64,000 nucleotides of DNA from Fidelibacterota bacterium (GTDB lineage Bacteria; Fidelibacterota; UBA2242). Below are positions 9,547 through 19,067 of the stretch, in pieces. The translations under genes were made by a program, and so were the position numbers. The DNA lies in contig JBNGDF010000006.1 of assembly GCA_049975265.1 (NCBI GenBank), forward strand, positions 34,360 to 98,359, read 5' to 3'. The notes beneath the pieces were generated by a model. It did no database searches, was not told the origin of the DNA, and saw only the letters and a list, made by a program, of their open reading frames with translations. How positions within the stretch are numbered: the stretch's first letter is position 1; each line of letters begins with the position of its first letter.

Positions 9547-11094
9547 TTAATGTTTAAAAACGCGTTTATGTGTAAAAATCATAAACATGCCGTGCTCATT
9601 GCAGGCTTCGATAACCTCCTGATCCCGAATGCTGCCGCCGGGCTGAATAATCCCCACAAGCCCATGTTCAGCCGCCAGATCAACAGAATCCCGGAACGGA
9701 AAAAAGGCGTCGGAAGCGACGATCCCGTTTTTCAGCGAAAGCCCCGCTTCACCGGATTTCCGAAGTGCGATTTTCAGGGAATCCACCCGGGACATCTGAC
9801 CGGCACCCACCCCGAGCGTGCCCTCACCGTCCGCCAGCACAATGGCGTTGGACTTGACATGTTTTACCACATGCCACCCGATGCGCAGCGCTTCGTAAAA
9901 CTGCTGCCCGGGACCCGCTTTGGTCACCTGCTCCCACCGCCGTTCATCATCACGAGGAATCTGAATCTCCTGAATCAGTAACCCCTCTCCGTATGAACGG
10001 ACATCATAGGGAAACGCTAAGTATTCTTCATTCGGAATCAGTAACCGCAGGTTTTTACGCCTGCTCAAAATCTCCCGCGCAGCCGGTGTAAACTCCGGTG
10101 CAATGATACATTCCAGAAAACTTTTGGTAAACTCCTCCGCCAGCTCCTCCTCCACCGGCGCATTCACGCCGACGATGCCGCCGTAATAACTCACCGGGTC
10201 CGCCTGGACCGCCCGCCGATAGGCTGCCAGCACTGAATCCGCCACCCCGAATCCGCAGGGATTGGTGTGCTTCAAATTGACACAGACAGTCCGATCAGTG
10301 GCGAAGCCGGTAGCAACCCGGTACGCCGCCAGGCAATCGACATAATTATTAAAGGATATCTCCTTTCCCTGCAGCTGTGTGAATGGCAGCGCCTCCGGCG
10401 CGGATTCGGGATTATAAAGCGCCGCCTTCTGGTCGGGGTTCTCTCCATAGCGCAGCGCCTGAATTTTACGGTAATGCGACAACCAGATATCGGGCAGACC
10501 CTCAGACAGACCATAAAAATAACGGGTAATTTCCGCATCATAATTACTGGTCAGCCGAAATACATCCCGCGCCAGCAGGCGACGATAGGACTCGTCAATG
10601 TCACCGGCGTCAAGCCGCTTTTCGAACTCCGCATATTGCGAAGGGTGAGACAAGACGGCGACACTGTGGTAATTTTTGGAGGCTGCCCGGAGCATACTTG
10701 GACCGCCGATATCGATCATTTCGATGATCTCATGATCCGCCTTACCGCCCGCCCGATAGGTTTCGGAAAAGGGGTAAAGGTTCACCACCACCAGCTGAAA
10801 GCCCACACCGCCGACCCGCTGCAAGTCCTCCAGGTGACTGCGACGGCGATTGTCCGCCAGCAAACCGGCAAAAATCAGCGGATGCAGGGTTTTCACACGC
10901 CCATCCATAATCTCCGGAAAATCGGTCAGGCTTTCGACCTTTTTCACCACTATACCATTGTCACTCAGCATTCGATACGTCCCGCCGGTACTGTAGATTT
11001 CTACCTGCCGGGCTTCGAGTTTGCGGGCTAAGGATACGATCCCGGTTTTGTCCCAGACACTCAGAATAGCGCGCTTGATTGTAAAATCATTCAT
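9547..11094 (-). CDS. purH: Bifunctional AICAR transformylase/IMP cyclohydrolase
   Basis: GRVKTLHP, IDIGGPSM, LRYGENP, SDAFFPF, IQPGGS; ATG 11094 overlaps the purN stop (ATGA). Confidence 0.97.
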   Translation of the reverse strand: MNDFTIKRAILSVWDKTGIVSLARKLEARQVEIYSTGGTYRMLSDNGIVVKKVESLTDFPEIMDGRVKTLHPLIFAGLLADNRRRSHLEDLQRVGGVGFQLVVVNLYPFSETYRAGGKADHEIIEMIDIGGPSMLRAASKNYHSVAVLSHPSQYAEFEKRLDAGDIDESYRRLLARDVFRLTSNYDAEITRYFYGLSEGLPDIWLSHYRKIQALRYGENPDQKAALYNPESAPEALPFTQLQGKEISFNNYVDCLAAYRVATGFATDRTVCVNLKHTNPCGFGVADSVLAAYRRAVQADPVSYYGGIVGVNAPVEEELAEEFTKSFLECIIAPEFTPAAREILSRRKNLRLLIPNEEYLAFPYDVRSYGEGLLIQEIQIPRDDERRWEQVTKAGPGQQFYEALRIGWHVVKHVKSNAIVLADGEGTLGVGAGQMSRVDSLKIALRKSGEAGLSLKNGIVASDAFFPFRDSVDLAAEHGLVGIIQPGGSIRDQEVIEACNEHGMFMIFTHKRVFKH

Positions 11095-11726
11095 CGTTCC
11101 CAAATTACATTCCCCTTGTCCACTTTTATGTTCCCGGCGCAATACGCCGCCACCACTTCAGGGAAGAGACGGTGCTCCACCGCCAAAACCCGCTTCGCCA
11201 GCGTCGCCGGCGTATCACCTTTCAAAACCGGCACCTTCTCCTGAGCAATCACAGTTCCCTGGTCATAGTGCTCATCGACAAAATGAATCGTCACTCCGGT
11301 AATCTTGACCCCCGACTCAAGCACCGCCTGATGCACCCTTTCGCCATAGAAACCCTTGCCGCCGAAATTGGGCAGCAATGCCGGATGAATATTGATAATC
11401 GCATACCGGTAACGCTGCACCACCGGTGCCGGGATCAGCTTCAAATAGCCTGCCAGCAGAATCACATCAACCTCATACGACGCCAGCAGATTCAGGAGAA
11501 AATCCACATAGTCGGAGGCACCCGAAAACTGTTTTCGGTTTATCCAGTGCGTGGGAATTTCGTTCTTTTGGGCAATTTCAAAAACCGGCGGTCGGGCATG
11601 GTCACTGATGACACAGACGATCTCGGCGTCGATTCTTCCTGCCTTTACCCCTTCCAGGACTGCCTGAAAATTGGACCCGCGACCCGATGCGAACACTGCG
11701 ATTCTCTTCAATTCCGTATCATCCAA
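11091..11726 (-). CDS. purN: Phosphoribosylglycinamide formyltransferase
   Basis: ASGRGSNF, LAGY, NIHPALLP, HFVDEHYDQG. Confidence 0.96.
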   Translation of the reverse strand: MDDTELKRIAVFASGRGSNFQAVLEGVKAGRIDAEIVCVISDHARPPVFEIAQKNEIPTHWINRKQFSGASDYVDFLLNLLASYEVDVILLAGYLKLIPAPVVQRYRYAIINIHPALLPNFGGKGFYGERVHQAVLESGVKITGVTIHFVDEHYDQGTVIAQEKVPVLKGDTPATLAKRVLAVEHRLFPEVVAAYCAGNIKVDKGNVIWER

Positions 11727-11798
11727 TCCAATCTAAAATGCATTCAAATTTATTCATATTCGCGAGGAAAAACAATCATCGAACACGTTCGTGGGAAT

Positions 11799-12428
11799 TC
11801 ATTCCGGGCAAAAGTGCCGGATATCCTGAAGCAATTCTTCCAACTGCCGGATGTCTTCAAAAATATTAAAATTGTCCGTTTCCACGATCTTCACCGGAAA
11901 ATCCCCCTGAATGCGCTTGATCCAGCGCTCGTAGGAGATATTCAGGCGGTAGATATACTCAGGAGAGATATTCGTTTCAAAGCCCCTGGAACGTTTTTTT
12001 ATCCGTGTCAGCAGAGTGTCCACACCGGCGCGCAGGTAGAGAATCAGATCAGGTTTTTTCAGATAGGAGGTCATAATATCGAACAGAGCGCGGTAATTAT
12101 CCCAGTCCCGTTTGGACATATTTTCCATCTCATACAGATTCCGGGCAAAAATTTCCACATCCTCATAGATCGTCCGGTCCTGAACCGCCGAAAATCCGCT
12201 CTCCGTCATCATTTTATGCGTGCGGAAACGGTGGGACAGAAAATATATCTGCAGGTTGAAACTCCAGCGCTTCATATCGTCGTAAAAATCTTCCAGATAG
12301 GGATTGTCAATCACCGATTCATAATAGGGTTGCCAGCCGAAGCGATTCGCAATGATATCGGTCATGGTCGTCTTGCCCACACCGATATTCCCTGCTATGC
12401 CTATGAAATAGGTGGTCTTAGCCCTCAA
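11799..12428 (-). CDS. Deoxynucleoside kinase
   Basis: P-loop GNIGVGKTT, NPYLEDFY, QDRTIYED, PDLILYL. Confidence 0.92.
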   Translation of the reverse strand: MRAKTTYFIGIAGNIGVGKTTMTDIIANRFGWQPYYESVIDNPYLEDFYDDMKRWSFNLQIYFLSHRFRTHKMMTESGFSAVQDRTIYEDVEIFARNLYEMENMSKRDWDNYRALFDIMTSYLKKPDLILYLRAGVDTLLTRIKKRSRGFETNISPEYIYRLNISYERWIKRIQGDFPVKIVETDNFNIFEDIRQLEELLQDIRHFCPE

Positions 12429-13713
12429 CTAATTCTCCAAATGCTTCCGTTCCGACAACATGGGTTATCCGGGTGGTTTTTATACGATTCACAATTTGAG
12501 CGTCGGATTTGACATTAACCGTAATATAATTATCAGAAAGTCCCCGGTAAAGCCCCAATTTTGTTTTCTTTTCATATAATACGGCTACCTCCTGACCGAT
12601 AAATCGCTGCATAAACTGGTGTCGCTTCCGCCGGCTCAATTCCCGCAACCGGACCGAACGCTCTTTTTTGACCCGGTCTGTTACCGTATCCTCCAGTCGG
12701 TCAGCAGCGGTGCCCGGTCGCGACGAATACCGGAAGACATGCAGATAGGCGATCGGCAGCTCCTCCAGTATGTTCACCATCTCCTGAAATTGATGCTCCG
12801 TTTCACCGGGAAAACCGACCATTACATCGCTGCCGATACAGACTGACGGTATCGCCCGGGTGACTTTATGGACAAGTTCGACAAATTGCGTCACTTTGTA
12901 ACGGCGCCGCATCCGCTGTAACACCGGATCGGAACCGTGCTGCAGCGGAATGTGCATATATCTGCAAAGACGCCCCTCTTCTGCGATCATCTTAATGATG
13001 CGCTCCGAAACCAGGTCCGGCTCGATCGAGCTGATCCGTAATCGCTCTATTCGGCTTTCCTGCAGAAGAGCCGCCACCAGATCATCCAACGTATTTTCAC
13101 CGTCACGGTAACTCCCGAGATTCACACCCGTCAGTACAAGCTCCCGGAAACCCTGTTCCACCAGGCTGACCGCCTCATGAATACATGCATGAAAAGCCCG
13201 ACTGCGCGATGGTCCCCGCAGAAACGGGACGATACAGTAAGCACACCGATAATCACAGCCATCCTGAACCTTCAGATGTGCCCGGCTCAGCGATCCTTTA
13301 GCCATAACGCCTGCCGCAGGGAAGGTATCCTGCTCAAGGGTGCCGGAGACATGAATGACACAACGTTCCTGCTTCAGCTCATCGAGGTATTCCTGCAGCC
13401 GGTATTTCTCGGAATTGCCCAGTACCAGATCGACGCCGTTCACTACCGCCACGGTTTCAGGGTCCAGCTGGGGGTAACAGCCGATCACGGCAATTTTCCC
13501 CCGGGGAGAAATGCGTCGCGCTGCGGCAATGGCACCGCGGGTCTTGGCTTCCGCCTGTCGGGTCACGGCGCAGGAATTGATCACCGTCAGATCGGCAGTC
13601 TGTTTTTTATCGACAATCCGGTACCCCGCCTCCTGGAGTCCGAATTGAAGGGCATCGGATTCGGCATGATTCAGCCGGCAGCCCAGGGTTCGAAAATTGA
13701 CTGTTTTAATCAA
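12418..13713 (-). CDS. mtaB: tRNA t6A37 methylthiotransferase (radical SAM)
   Basis: TLGCRLN, INSCAVT, KVQDGCDYRCAYC, LTGVNLG, HVFRYS. Confidence 0.9.
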   Translation of the reverse strand: MIKTVNFRTLGCRLNHAESDALQFGLQEAGYRIVDKKQTADLTVINSCAVTRQAEAKTRGAIAAARRISPRGKIAVIGCYPQLDPETVAVVNGVDLVLGNSEKYRLQEYLDELKQERCVIHVSGTLEQDTFPAAGVMAKGSLSRAHLKVQDGCDYRCAYCIVPFLRGPSRSRAFHACIHEAVSLVEQGFRELVLTGVNLGSYRDGENTLDDLVAALLQESRIERLRISSIEPDLVSERIIKMIAEEGRLCRYMHIPLQHGSDPVLQRMRRRYKVTQFVELVHKVTRAIPSVCIGSDVMVGFPGETEHQFQEMVNILEELPIAYLHVFRYSSRPGTAADRLEDTVTDRVKKERSVRLRELSRRKRHQFMQRFIGQEVAVLYEKKTKLGLYRGLSDNYITVNVKSDAQIVNRIKTTRITHVVGTEAFGELVEG

Positions 13714-13715
13714 AA

Positions 13716-14780
13716 TCAGCGAATTTCGACGATGCTCTGATCGCCGACAATGAATCGGTTCGTATATGGTTTGGATTGAGCTTCAATGATCTGCACACTT
13801 TTACCCAGCAAACTTGCCTCAATGCGGATCTTTTGGTCCATAATTTGACATTCTTCGGAAATAATACTGTATTCCACTTCCGAATCCTTAATGACGCAAT
13901 AACGCTCGATCGAGGTATAGGGACCGATATAGGAGTTGATAATTTTGGTCCCTTTCCCGATAATGACCGGTCCGCGGATGTTGCTGTTCAGAATGTCACT
14001 TCCTTTTTCGATGATAACCCGCCCAAACACCTGACTATGCTTATCGATTTTCCCACCGATCCGGGTCGTAATATTATCCAGCACCAACCGATTCGCCTCC
14101 AGCAGATCATTCGGCTTCCCGGTATCTTTCCACCAGCCGGTAATTTCGGAAAAGGTAATCGTCAATCCCTTGTCAATCAGATACTGGTGAGCGTCGGAAA
14201 TCTCCAGCTCCCCCCGCGCGCTGGGCTTGATGGCATTGACCGCCTTGAAAATACTGCTGTCGTAAATATAGATGCCCGTCACGGCGTAGTCACTTTTTGG
14301 TTTTTTGGGTTTTTCTTCAATGCGGACGATCCGATTGTCTTTGATCTCCGGCACACCAAAGCGCTCCGGGTCAGTAACCTTTGCCAGAACCAGATGACAG
14401 TTGGACTTATTGGCGTAAAACTCACTGACAAAGCGCTTGATCCCGCCGACGATAATATTGTCACCCAGGTAAAATACAAAGGGTTCATTACCAATAAAGG
14501 GCTCGGCAATCCGGACACAATCTGCCAGTCCCGCCGGCTTTTCCTGGGGAATATAGGTAATGGATATCCCCAGTTTCTTTCCGTCACCGTACATATCACG
14601 AACCTCGGTGCCCTCCTGGTTGGTGATAATGCCCACCTCGCGAATTCCAGCCTCCTTTACATATTCCAGCGCGTAGCTCAGAATCGGTTTGTTGGCAATG
14701 GGAATCAGATGCTTGTTCTGAGTATGGGTAATAGGTCGGAGCCGAGTTCCGTGTCCGCCGGCGGTAATTAATGCTTTCAT
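13716..14780 (-). CDS. rfbA: Glucose-1-phosphate thymidylyltransferase, long form with C-terminal hexapeptide repeats
   Basis: GGHGTRLRPIT, YLGDN, EEKP, PSARGELEI, WWKDTG; AGGAG RBS before ATG 14780. Confidence 0.85.
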   Translation of the reverse strand: MKALITAGGHGTRLRPITHTQNKHLIPIANKPILSYALEYVKEAGIREVGIITNQEGTEVRDMYGDGKKLGISITYIPQEKPAGLADCVRIAEPFIGNEPFVFYLGDNIIVGGIKRFVSEFYANKSNCHLVLAKVTDPERFGVPEIKDNRIVRIEEKPKKPKSDYAVTGIYIYDSSIFKAVNAIKPSARGELEISDAHQYLIDKGLTITFSEITGWWKDTGKPNDLLEANRLVLDNITTRIGGKIDKHSQVFGRVIIEKGSDILNSNIRGPVIIGKGTKIINSYIGPYTSIERYCVIKDSEVEYSIISEECQIMDQKIRIEASLLGKSVQIIEAQSKPYTNRFIVGDQSIVEIR

Positions 14781-14840
14781 ATTTATACTCCTAATTCTTT
14801 CATTTGCGAAAACCAAAATTATTGCTGGTCACACCGAAAG

Positions 14841-16151
14841 TCAAGCCTCCGGCTCAGAGGAGACTCGCCCGATCAGATCAATGCCATCGACATCTGTAAT
14901 ATTCACCGGATATATCCCGCCGGTTTCCAGCGGCTGCTCCGAACTGACTTTCACGATTCCATCGATTTCCGGAGCGTCCCAGCGGCTGCGAGCCATGTAA
15001 CCGTCCACGTGCTCCGATTCAATCAACACCTCTATCGTCTGTCCAACTTTCGACATGGCAAACTCCCGGGCGATATCCCATTGCAGCTGCATGACGATAT
15101 CCCTGCGGGAATCCTTCTCTGCCCCGGAAACATCGTCCGGCAGTTTCATTGCCCGGGTATCCTCTTCCGGTGAGTAGGTAAAAACACCCAGCCGTTCGAA
15201 GCGCAACTCTTCGATAAAATTCAGAAGATCGTTAAAATCAGCCATCGATTCCGTCGGAAAGCCCACCATGACCGAAGTTCTCAGCGCTATGGTTGGCACA
15301 TCCTTCCGCAATTGCATCAGCGTCGCCTTGATCTGTGAAGGATTGTTGCCCCGCTCCATCAATTTCAGAAGCCGGGACGAGGCGTGCTGCACCGGAATAT
15401 CCAGATAGGGACACAGTTCGGCATATTTCTGAAACAGGGTATTGAGCTCTTTTTTCCAGAAATCGGGGTGAGCGTACAGCAGACGCACCCAGGAGAAAAG
15501 CCGCGCTCCAAGCAGTTCGTCCAGCAGCGTGTACAAATCCACCCGGGGATGCAGATCGGAGCCGTAGCGGGTCAGGTCCTGGGCAATCATGATCAGCTCA
15601 CGAACCCCTTTTTCATGCAGATATGCCGCTTCTCTCAGAAGGCTGTCGATCGCCCGGCTGTGCTGTTTGCCCCGCATTAAGGGAATAGAGCAGAAGCTGC
15701 AGCTGTTGTCGCAGCCTTCGGCTATTTTCAGATAGGCGGTATAAGCCGGCGTCAACAGTGAACGAATCCGCTCAACATCCTCACAGGATTCACAGGTATT
15801 GGAGATTGTCCGGACAATCTCGGCAGCAGATTCGACTCCGAATATGCCGTCCAGCTCCGGTATCTCAGCCCGCAGCTGATCGGGATAGCGCTGCGACAGA
15901 CAGCCGGTGACATAGACCCTTTTGGCGGGATCAACCTTCTTCAATTCCAGGGTCTCCAAAATCGTATCCACCGACTCCTCCCGGGCGGTTTCAATAAAAC
16001 CGCAGGTATTGATAATGATCAGATCGGCATAAGCCGGATTGGGCTCAAATTGCAGTCGAAGCAGCTCGAGATTTCCTCTCAGCACCTCCGAATCAACGGT
16101 GTTTTTTGGACAACCCAGTGAAATGATGGAAAAGGTCTGCAAGTCAGCCAA
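14841..16151 (-). CDS. rimO: Ribosomal protein S12 methylthiotransferase
   Basis: SLGCPKNTVDSE, NTCGFI, KIAEGCDNSCSFC, DAPEIDG. Confidence 0.95.
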   Translation of the reverse strand: MADLQTFSIISLGCPKNTVDSEVLRGNLELLRLQFEPNPAYADLIIINTCGFIETAREESVDTILETLELKKVDPAKRVYVTGCLSQRYPDQLRAEIPELDGIFGVESAAEIVRTISNTCESCEDVERIRSLLTPAYTAYLKIAEGCDNSCSFCSIPLMRGKQHSRAIDSLLREAAYLHEKGVRELIMIAQDLTRYGSDLHPRVDLYTLLDELLGARLFSWVRLLYAHPDFWKKELNTLFQKYAELCPYLDIPVQHASSRLLKLMERGNNPSQIKATLMQLRKDVPTIALRTSVMVGFPTESMADFNDLLNFIEELRFERLGVFTYSPEEDTRAMKLPDDVSGAEKDSRRDIVMQLQWDIAREFAMSKVGQTIEVLIESEHVDGYMARSRWDAPEIDGIVKVSSEQPLETGGIYPVNITDVDGIDLIGRVSSEPEA

Positions 16152-16158
16152 TTTATCG

Positions 16159-17643
16159 TTATTTCATCCCTTGCAAGAGTGCATCGACAAAGGTTTCCGG
16201 TTCAAACGTCACAATATCGTCGATCTTTTCGCCCACACCGAGATAGCGAATCGGTATGGATAGTTTGTGGTGAATAGCCAGTACCGCACCGCCTTTGGCG
16301 GTTCCGTCCAGTTTATTCAGGATAATCCCCGTAACCCCAACGGTGTTCATAAACTCCTGCGCCTGGACAATCCCGTTCTGTCCGGTATTTGCATCCAGAA
16401 CCAGCCAAACATCGTGGGGAGCGCCGGGCAGCTGCCTGCCGATTACCCGTTTAATTTTTACCAGCTCGTCCATCAGATTGGAACGGGTGTGCAGACGTCC
16501 GGCGGTATCGATGAGAACAGTATCGTGACCTTTTGCCAGCGCCGATTTGACGGCATCGAACGCCACGGCGGAAGGGTCCTTACCCTGCGGATTGCCCATA
16601 AAATCCGCCCCGGCACGCTCCGCCCAAACCTTTAACTGATCATATGCTGCCGCCCGAAAGGTATCCGCTGCCACCAGCAGAACCCTTTTCCCGCGACTTC
16701 GAAACCAATACCCCAGTTTCCCGATGCTTGTCGTCTTTCCGGTTCCATTGACTCCTACGAATAGAATTACCCGGGGCTTGAGGTCCCCGTCATCGGAAAT
16801 CTCATGGGTATCAATCAGCGCCTTGATTTCACCTTTCAGAATCTCGGCGAGATGCGCCGACTCACTGCGGTCCACATTTTGCAGACGATCGATTAAAACC
16901 TCCGTCAGTTCCGTACCCAGGTCCGTCGCCAGCAACGTCTCCTCAATCTTTGTCAACAAATCCCTGTCAAGGCGAAAATATTTTCCCAAAAGCGGAATCC
17001 GGGCTGCAATCCTGTGCTCGGTTTTACGCAATCCACGAGACAATTTATTTGTTCTACCGGCACCCGGCTTCTTCTTCCGGTTATAAATTTTCGTCGTGAA
17101 GGTGTAGGCATAATGAATCCAGGAAGTGACGATCAGTCCCACGGATACCCACATTATCGGAGTAACCCATTCTCCCACAACATCGGAATAGATGAACGCC
17201 AGGATCGTCGCCGATGTAAAAACAATCGAAATCTTCCCCAGCTTGTTGGCGTAAGGGGTGATTTTCAGGTTGTTCATCATATAGATGCCGACGAGCGCAA
17301 TCGACAGATCCCGAACCGCCAGAAGCATGAAATAGCCAACCGGCAGCCGATCCGACTGCAGCAGAAAGAGCATGACGCTGAAAATCACAACCTTATCGGC
17401 AAAGGGATCGAGAATCTTGCCCAAATCGGTAATCTCATTGCTGATGCGCGCCAGCCAGCCGTCCAGACTGTCGGATAAAATTGCTATCACGATAAAAATA
17501 AAGGCAATATCGCCCCGCCCGATTTTTAAATAATATATGATCGGGACGGTTAAAAATGCCCGAATAATGGAAATAATATTGGATAATGTCACAACCTTAT
17601 CGGGATGCATGGATTGATATTTTTCACGCACTCTGCTTTTCAA
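16159..17643 (-). CDS. ftsY: Fusion of a CDP-alcohol phosphatidyltransferase (PgsA-like) and the SRP receptor FtsY NG domain
   Basis: N-terminal ~185 aa carry DSLDGWLARISNEITDLGKILDPFAD. C-terminal part carries GVNGTGKTT, DTFRAAA, DTAGR, NKLDGTAKGG, GVGE. One continuous frame; TTG start 17643 (AAGGA upstream) or ATG 17610. Confidence 0.92.
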   Translation of the reverse strand: MKSRVREKYQSMHPDKVVTLSNIISIIRAFLTVPIIYYLKIGRGDIAFIFIVIAILSDSLDGWLARISNEITDLGKILDPFADKVVIFSVMLFLLQSDRLPVGYFMLLAVRDLSIALVGIYMMNNLKITPYANKLGKISIVFTSATILAFIYSDVVGEWVTPIMWVSVGLIVTSWIHYAYTFTTKIYNRKKKPGAGRTNKLSRGLRKTEHRIAARIPLLGKYFRLDRDLLTKIEETLLATDLGTELTEVLIDRLQNVDRSESAHLAEILKGEIKALIDTHEISDDGDLKPRVILFVGVNGTGKTTSIGKLGYWFRSRGKRVLLVAADTFRAAAYDQLKVWAERAGADFMGNPQGKDPSAVAFDAVKSALAKGHDTVLIDTAGRLHTRSNLMDELVKIKRVIGRQLPGAPHDVWLVLDANTGQNGIVQAQEFMNTVGVTGIILNKLDGTAKGGAVLAIHHKLSIPIRYLGVGEKIDDIVTFEPETFVDALLQGMK

Positions 17644-18394
17644 TGGGATTCTGTCCTTCGGTTATTGATTCAACGTATCGCTTCAAAGAATAAATTCCCG
17701 CCTTCTCGATAACATGGGGAAAAGAGCGCAACGACGCATCGTTGCCATTAAATATAAGTTGCCCGGCGGATAATATCCAATAATGACCACAGATTTTGGA
17801 GATTACGTCAAAATCGTGGGATACGACCAAAACTGCATGGCGCACCCGGAATGCCTCCAGAATCGAAAAGAGCTGCCTCTTGCCATTGCGATCTAATCCC
17901 ACGGTAGGCTCATCCAGAATCAGTAAATCCGGCTCCAGCGCCAGACTCAGGGCAAGCGCCAGCCGCCGCAACTCCCCACCGCTCAGCTCAAAACCGTTCC
18001 GATCCCGGACCTGCTCAAAATCCAGCGAAAAGAGCCGCAAATACTCCCGCACCGCCAACAAAATATTTCCACCGCGCTGATTCCAGGCTGCCATCCGTTG
18101 AATCGTATCGCCAATTTGAACCCCCAGCAGTATCCGCTCGGGAAATTGGGGCGAATAGACCACTCTGGGAGACATTCCTTTCCCGTCTATGGAATAGTCT
18201 ATTGTACCGGCAGTGGGCGGCAGGAGACCGGCTAACAGTCTACTGAAAGTCGTCTTGCCGGAGCCGGACAGTCCATAGATCCCAAGAGTCCCATGAAATG
18301 CGTGTTCAAGACTGCTGATATATAAGCGAAACGCTCCGGTTTTCTTAAACCGAAATTCAAGGTTCCGAACAGTTACAAAAAGTCTATTCTCCAT
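17624..18394 (-). CDS. ABC ATPase, ECF (EcfA/CbiO)-like
   Basis: GLSGSGKTT, QFPE, LSGGELRR, LILDEPTVGLD, VSHD. Confidence 0.8.
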   Translation of the reverse strand: MENRLFVTVRNLEFRFKKTGAFRLYISSLEHAFHGTLGIYGLSGSGKTTFSRLLAGLLPPTAGTIDYSIDGKGMSPRVVYSPQFPERILLGVQIGDTIQRMAAWNQRGGNILLAVREYLRLFSLDFEQVRDRNGFELSGGELRRLALALSLALEPDLLILDEPTVGLDRNGKRQLFSILEAFRVRHAVLVVSHDFDVISKICGHYWILSAGQLIFNGNDASLRSFPHVIEKAGIYSLKRYVESITEGQNPIEKQSA

Positions 18395-19067
18395 ACTGAG
18401 ATCTAATCTGTTGCCGGTATTCAGTGGGTGGACCCTGCCAGGAGATTCGACCCCTGTCCAGTTCAATCAGGTGATCCGCCAATCCGAACTCATAATCCTC
18501 CTGCGTGATCCAGATAATACTGACCCCCTCCTGCCGGAGAGTGATAATCTGCTCGTAGAACCGCACCCGTGCAATGCTGTCAAGAAACGAACAGGGTTCG
18601 TCCAGAATCATAATATCCGGCTGGCTGATCATCATCCCCGCCAGCGCTAGGCGCTGCTTCTCACCACCGGACAGCCGGTCCGGCGAATCATTCCGCCGAT
18701 CGGTTAACTCATACCGCTGCAGATACTCCTCCACCCGCCGCTGCATCTCCGCTGCCGGAACACCCCTGTTTTCCAGATTAAACGCCAATTCCCGTTCCAA
18801 ATTAAAATGAACAATCTGATCGTCCGGATTCTGAAAAAGATACCCGAACCGAACATCGCCACTGTTTCGCCCTTTGTACTCAACATTTATCTGTCCCGCT
18901 GTTGGTGTCAACAGACCGGCGACCAATTTTAACAAAGTCGTCTTACCCGAACCGCTGCTACCGGTCACAGCGACCAGAGCGTCCAGGGGAATGTCCAGGT
19001 TCAGCTGCTTAAACAGAAAGGGGGCGTCACAATACCGAAAATCCAGTCCGTCTATTTGTATTTTCAA
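18384..19067 (-). CDS. ABC ATPase, ECF (EcfA/CbiO)-like
   Basis: GSSGSGKTT, FQNPDDQIV, ELAFNLENRG, LSGGEKQR, ILDEP. Confidence 0.82.
   Translation of the reverse strand: MKIQIDGLDFRYCDAPFLFKQLNLDIPLDALVAVTGSSGSGKTTLLKLVAGLLTPTAGQINVEYKGRNSGDVRFGYLFQNPDDQIVHFNLERELAFNLENRGVPAAEMQRRVEEYLQRYELTDRRNDSPDRLSGGEKQRLALAGMMISQPDIMILDEPCSFLDSIARVRFYEQIITLRQEGVSIIWITQEDYEFGLADHLIELDRGRISWQGPPTEYRQQIRSQYGE

Noticed and set aside
11172..12512. 446-aa plus-strand ORF
   Set aside because: Antisense shadow of purN and the deoxynucleoside kinase; no recognisable motifs.
13776..14771. 331-aa plus-strand ORF, and similar antisense ORFs over purH, nadB, tgt, radA and the Omp85 gene
   Set aside because: Each lies opposite a well-supported gene and is explained by codon bias.
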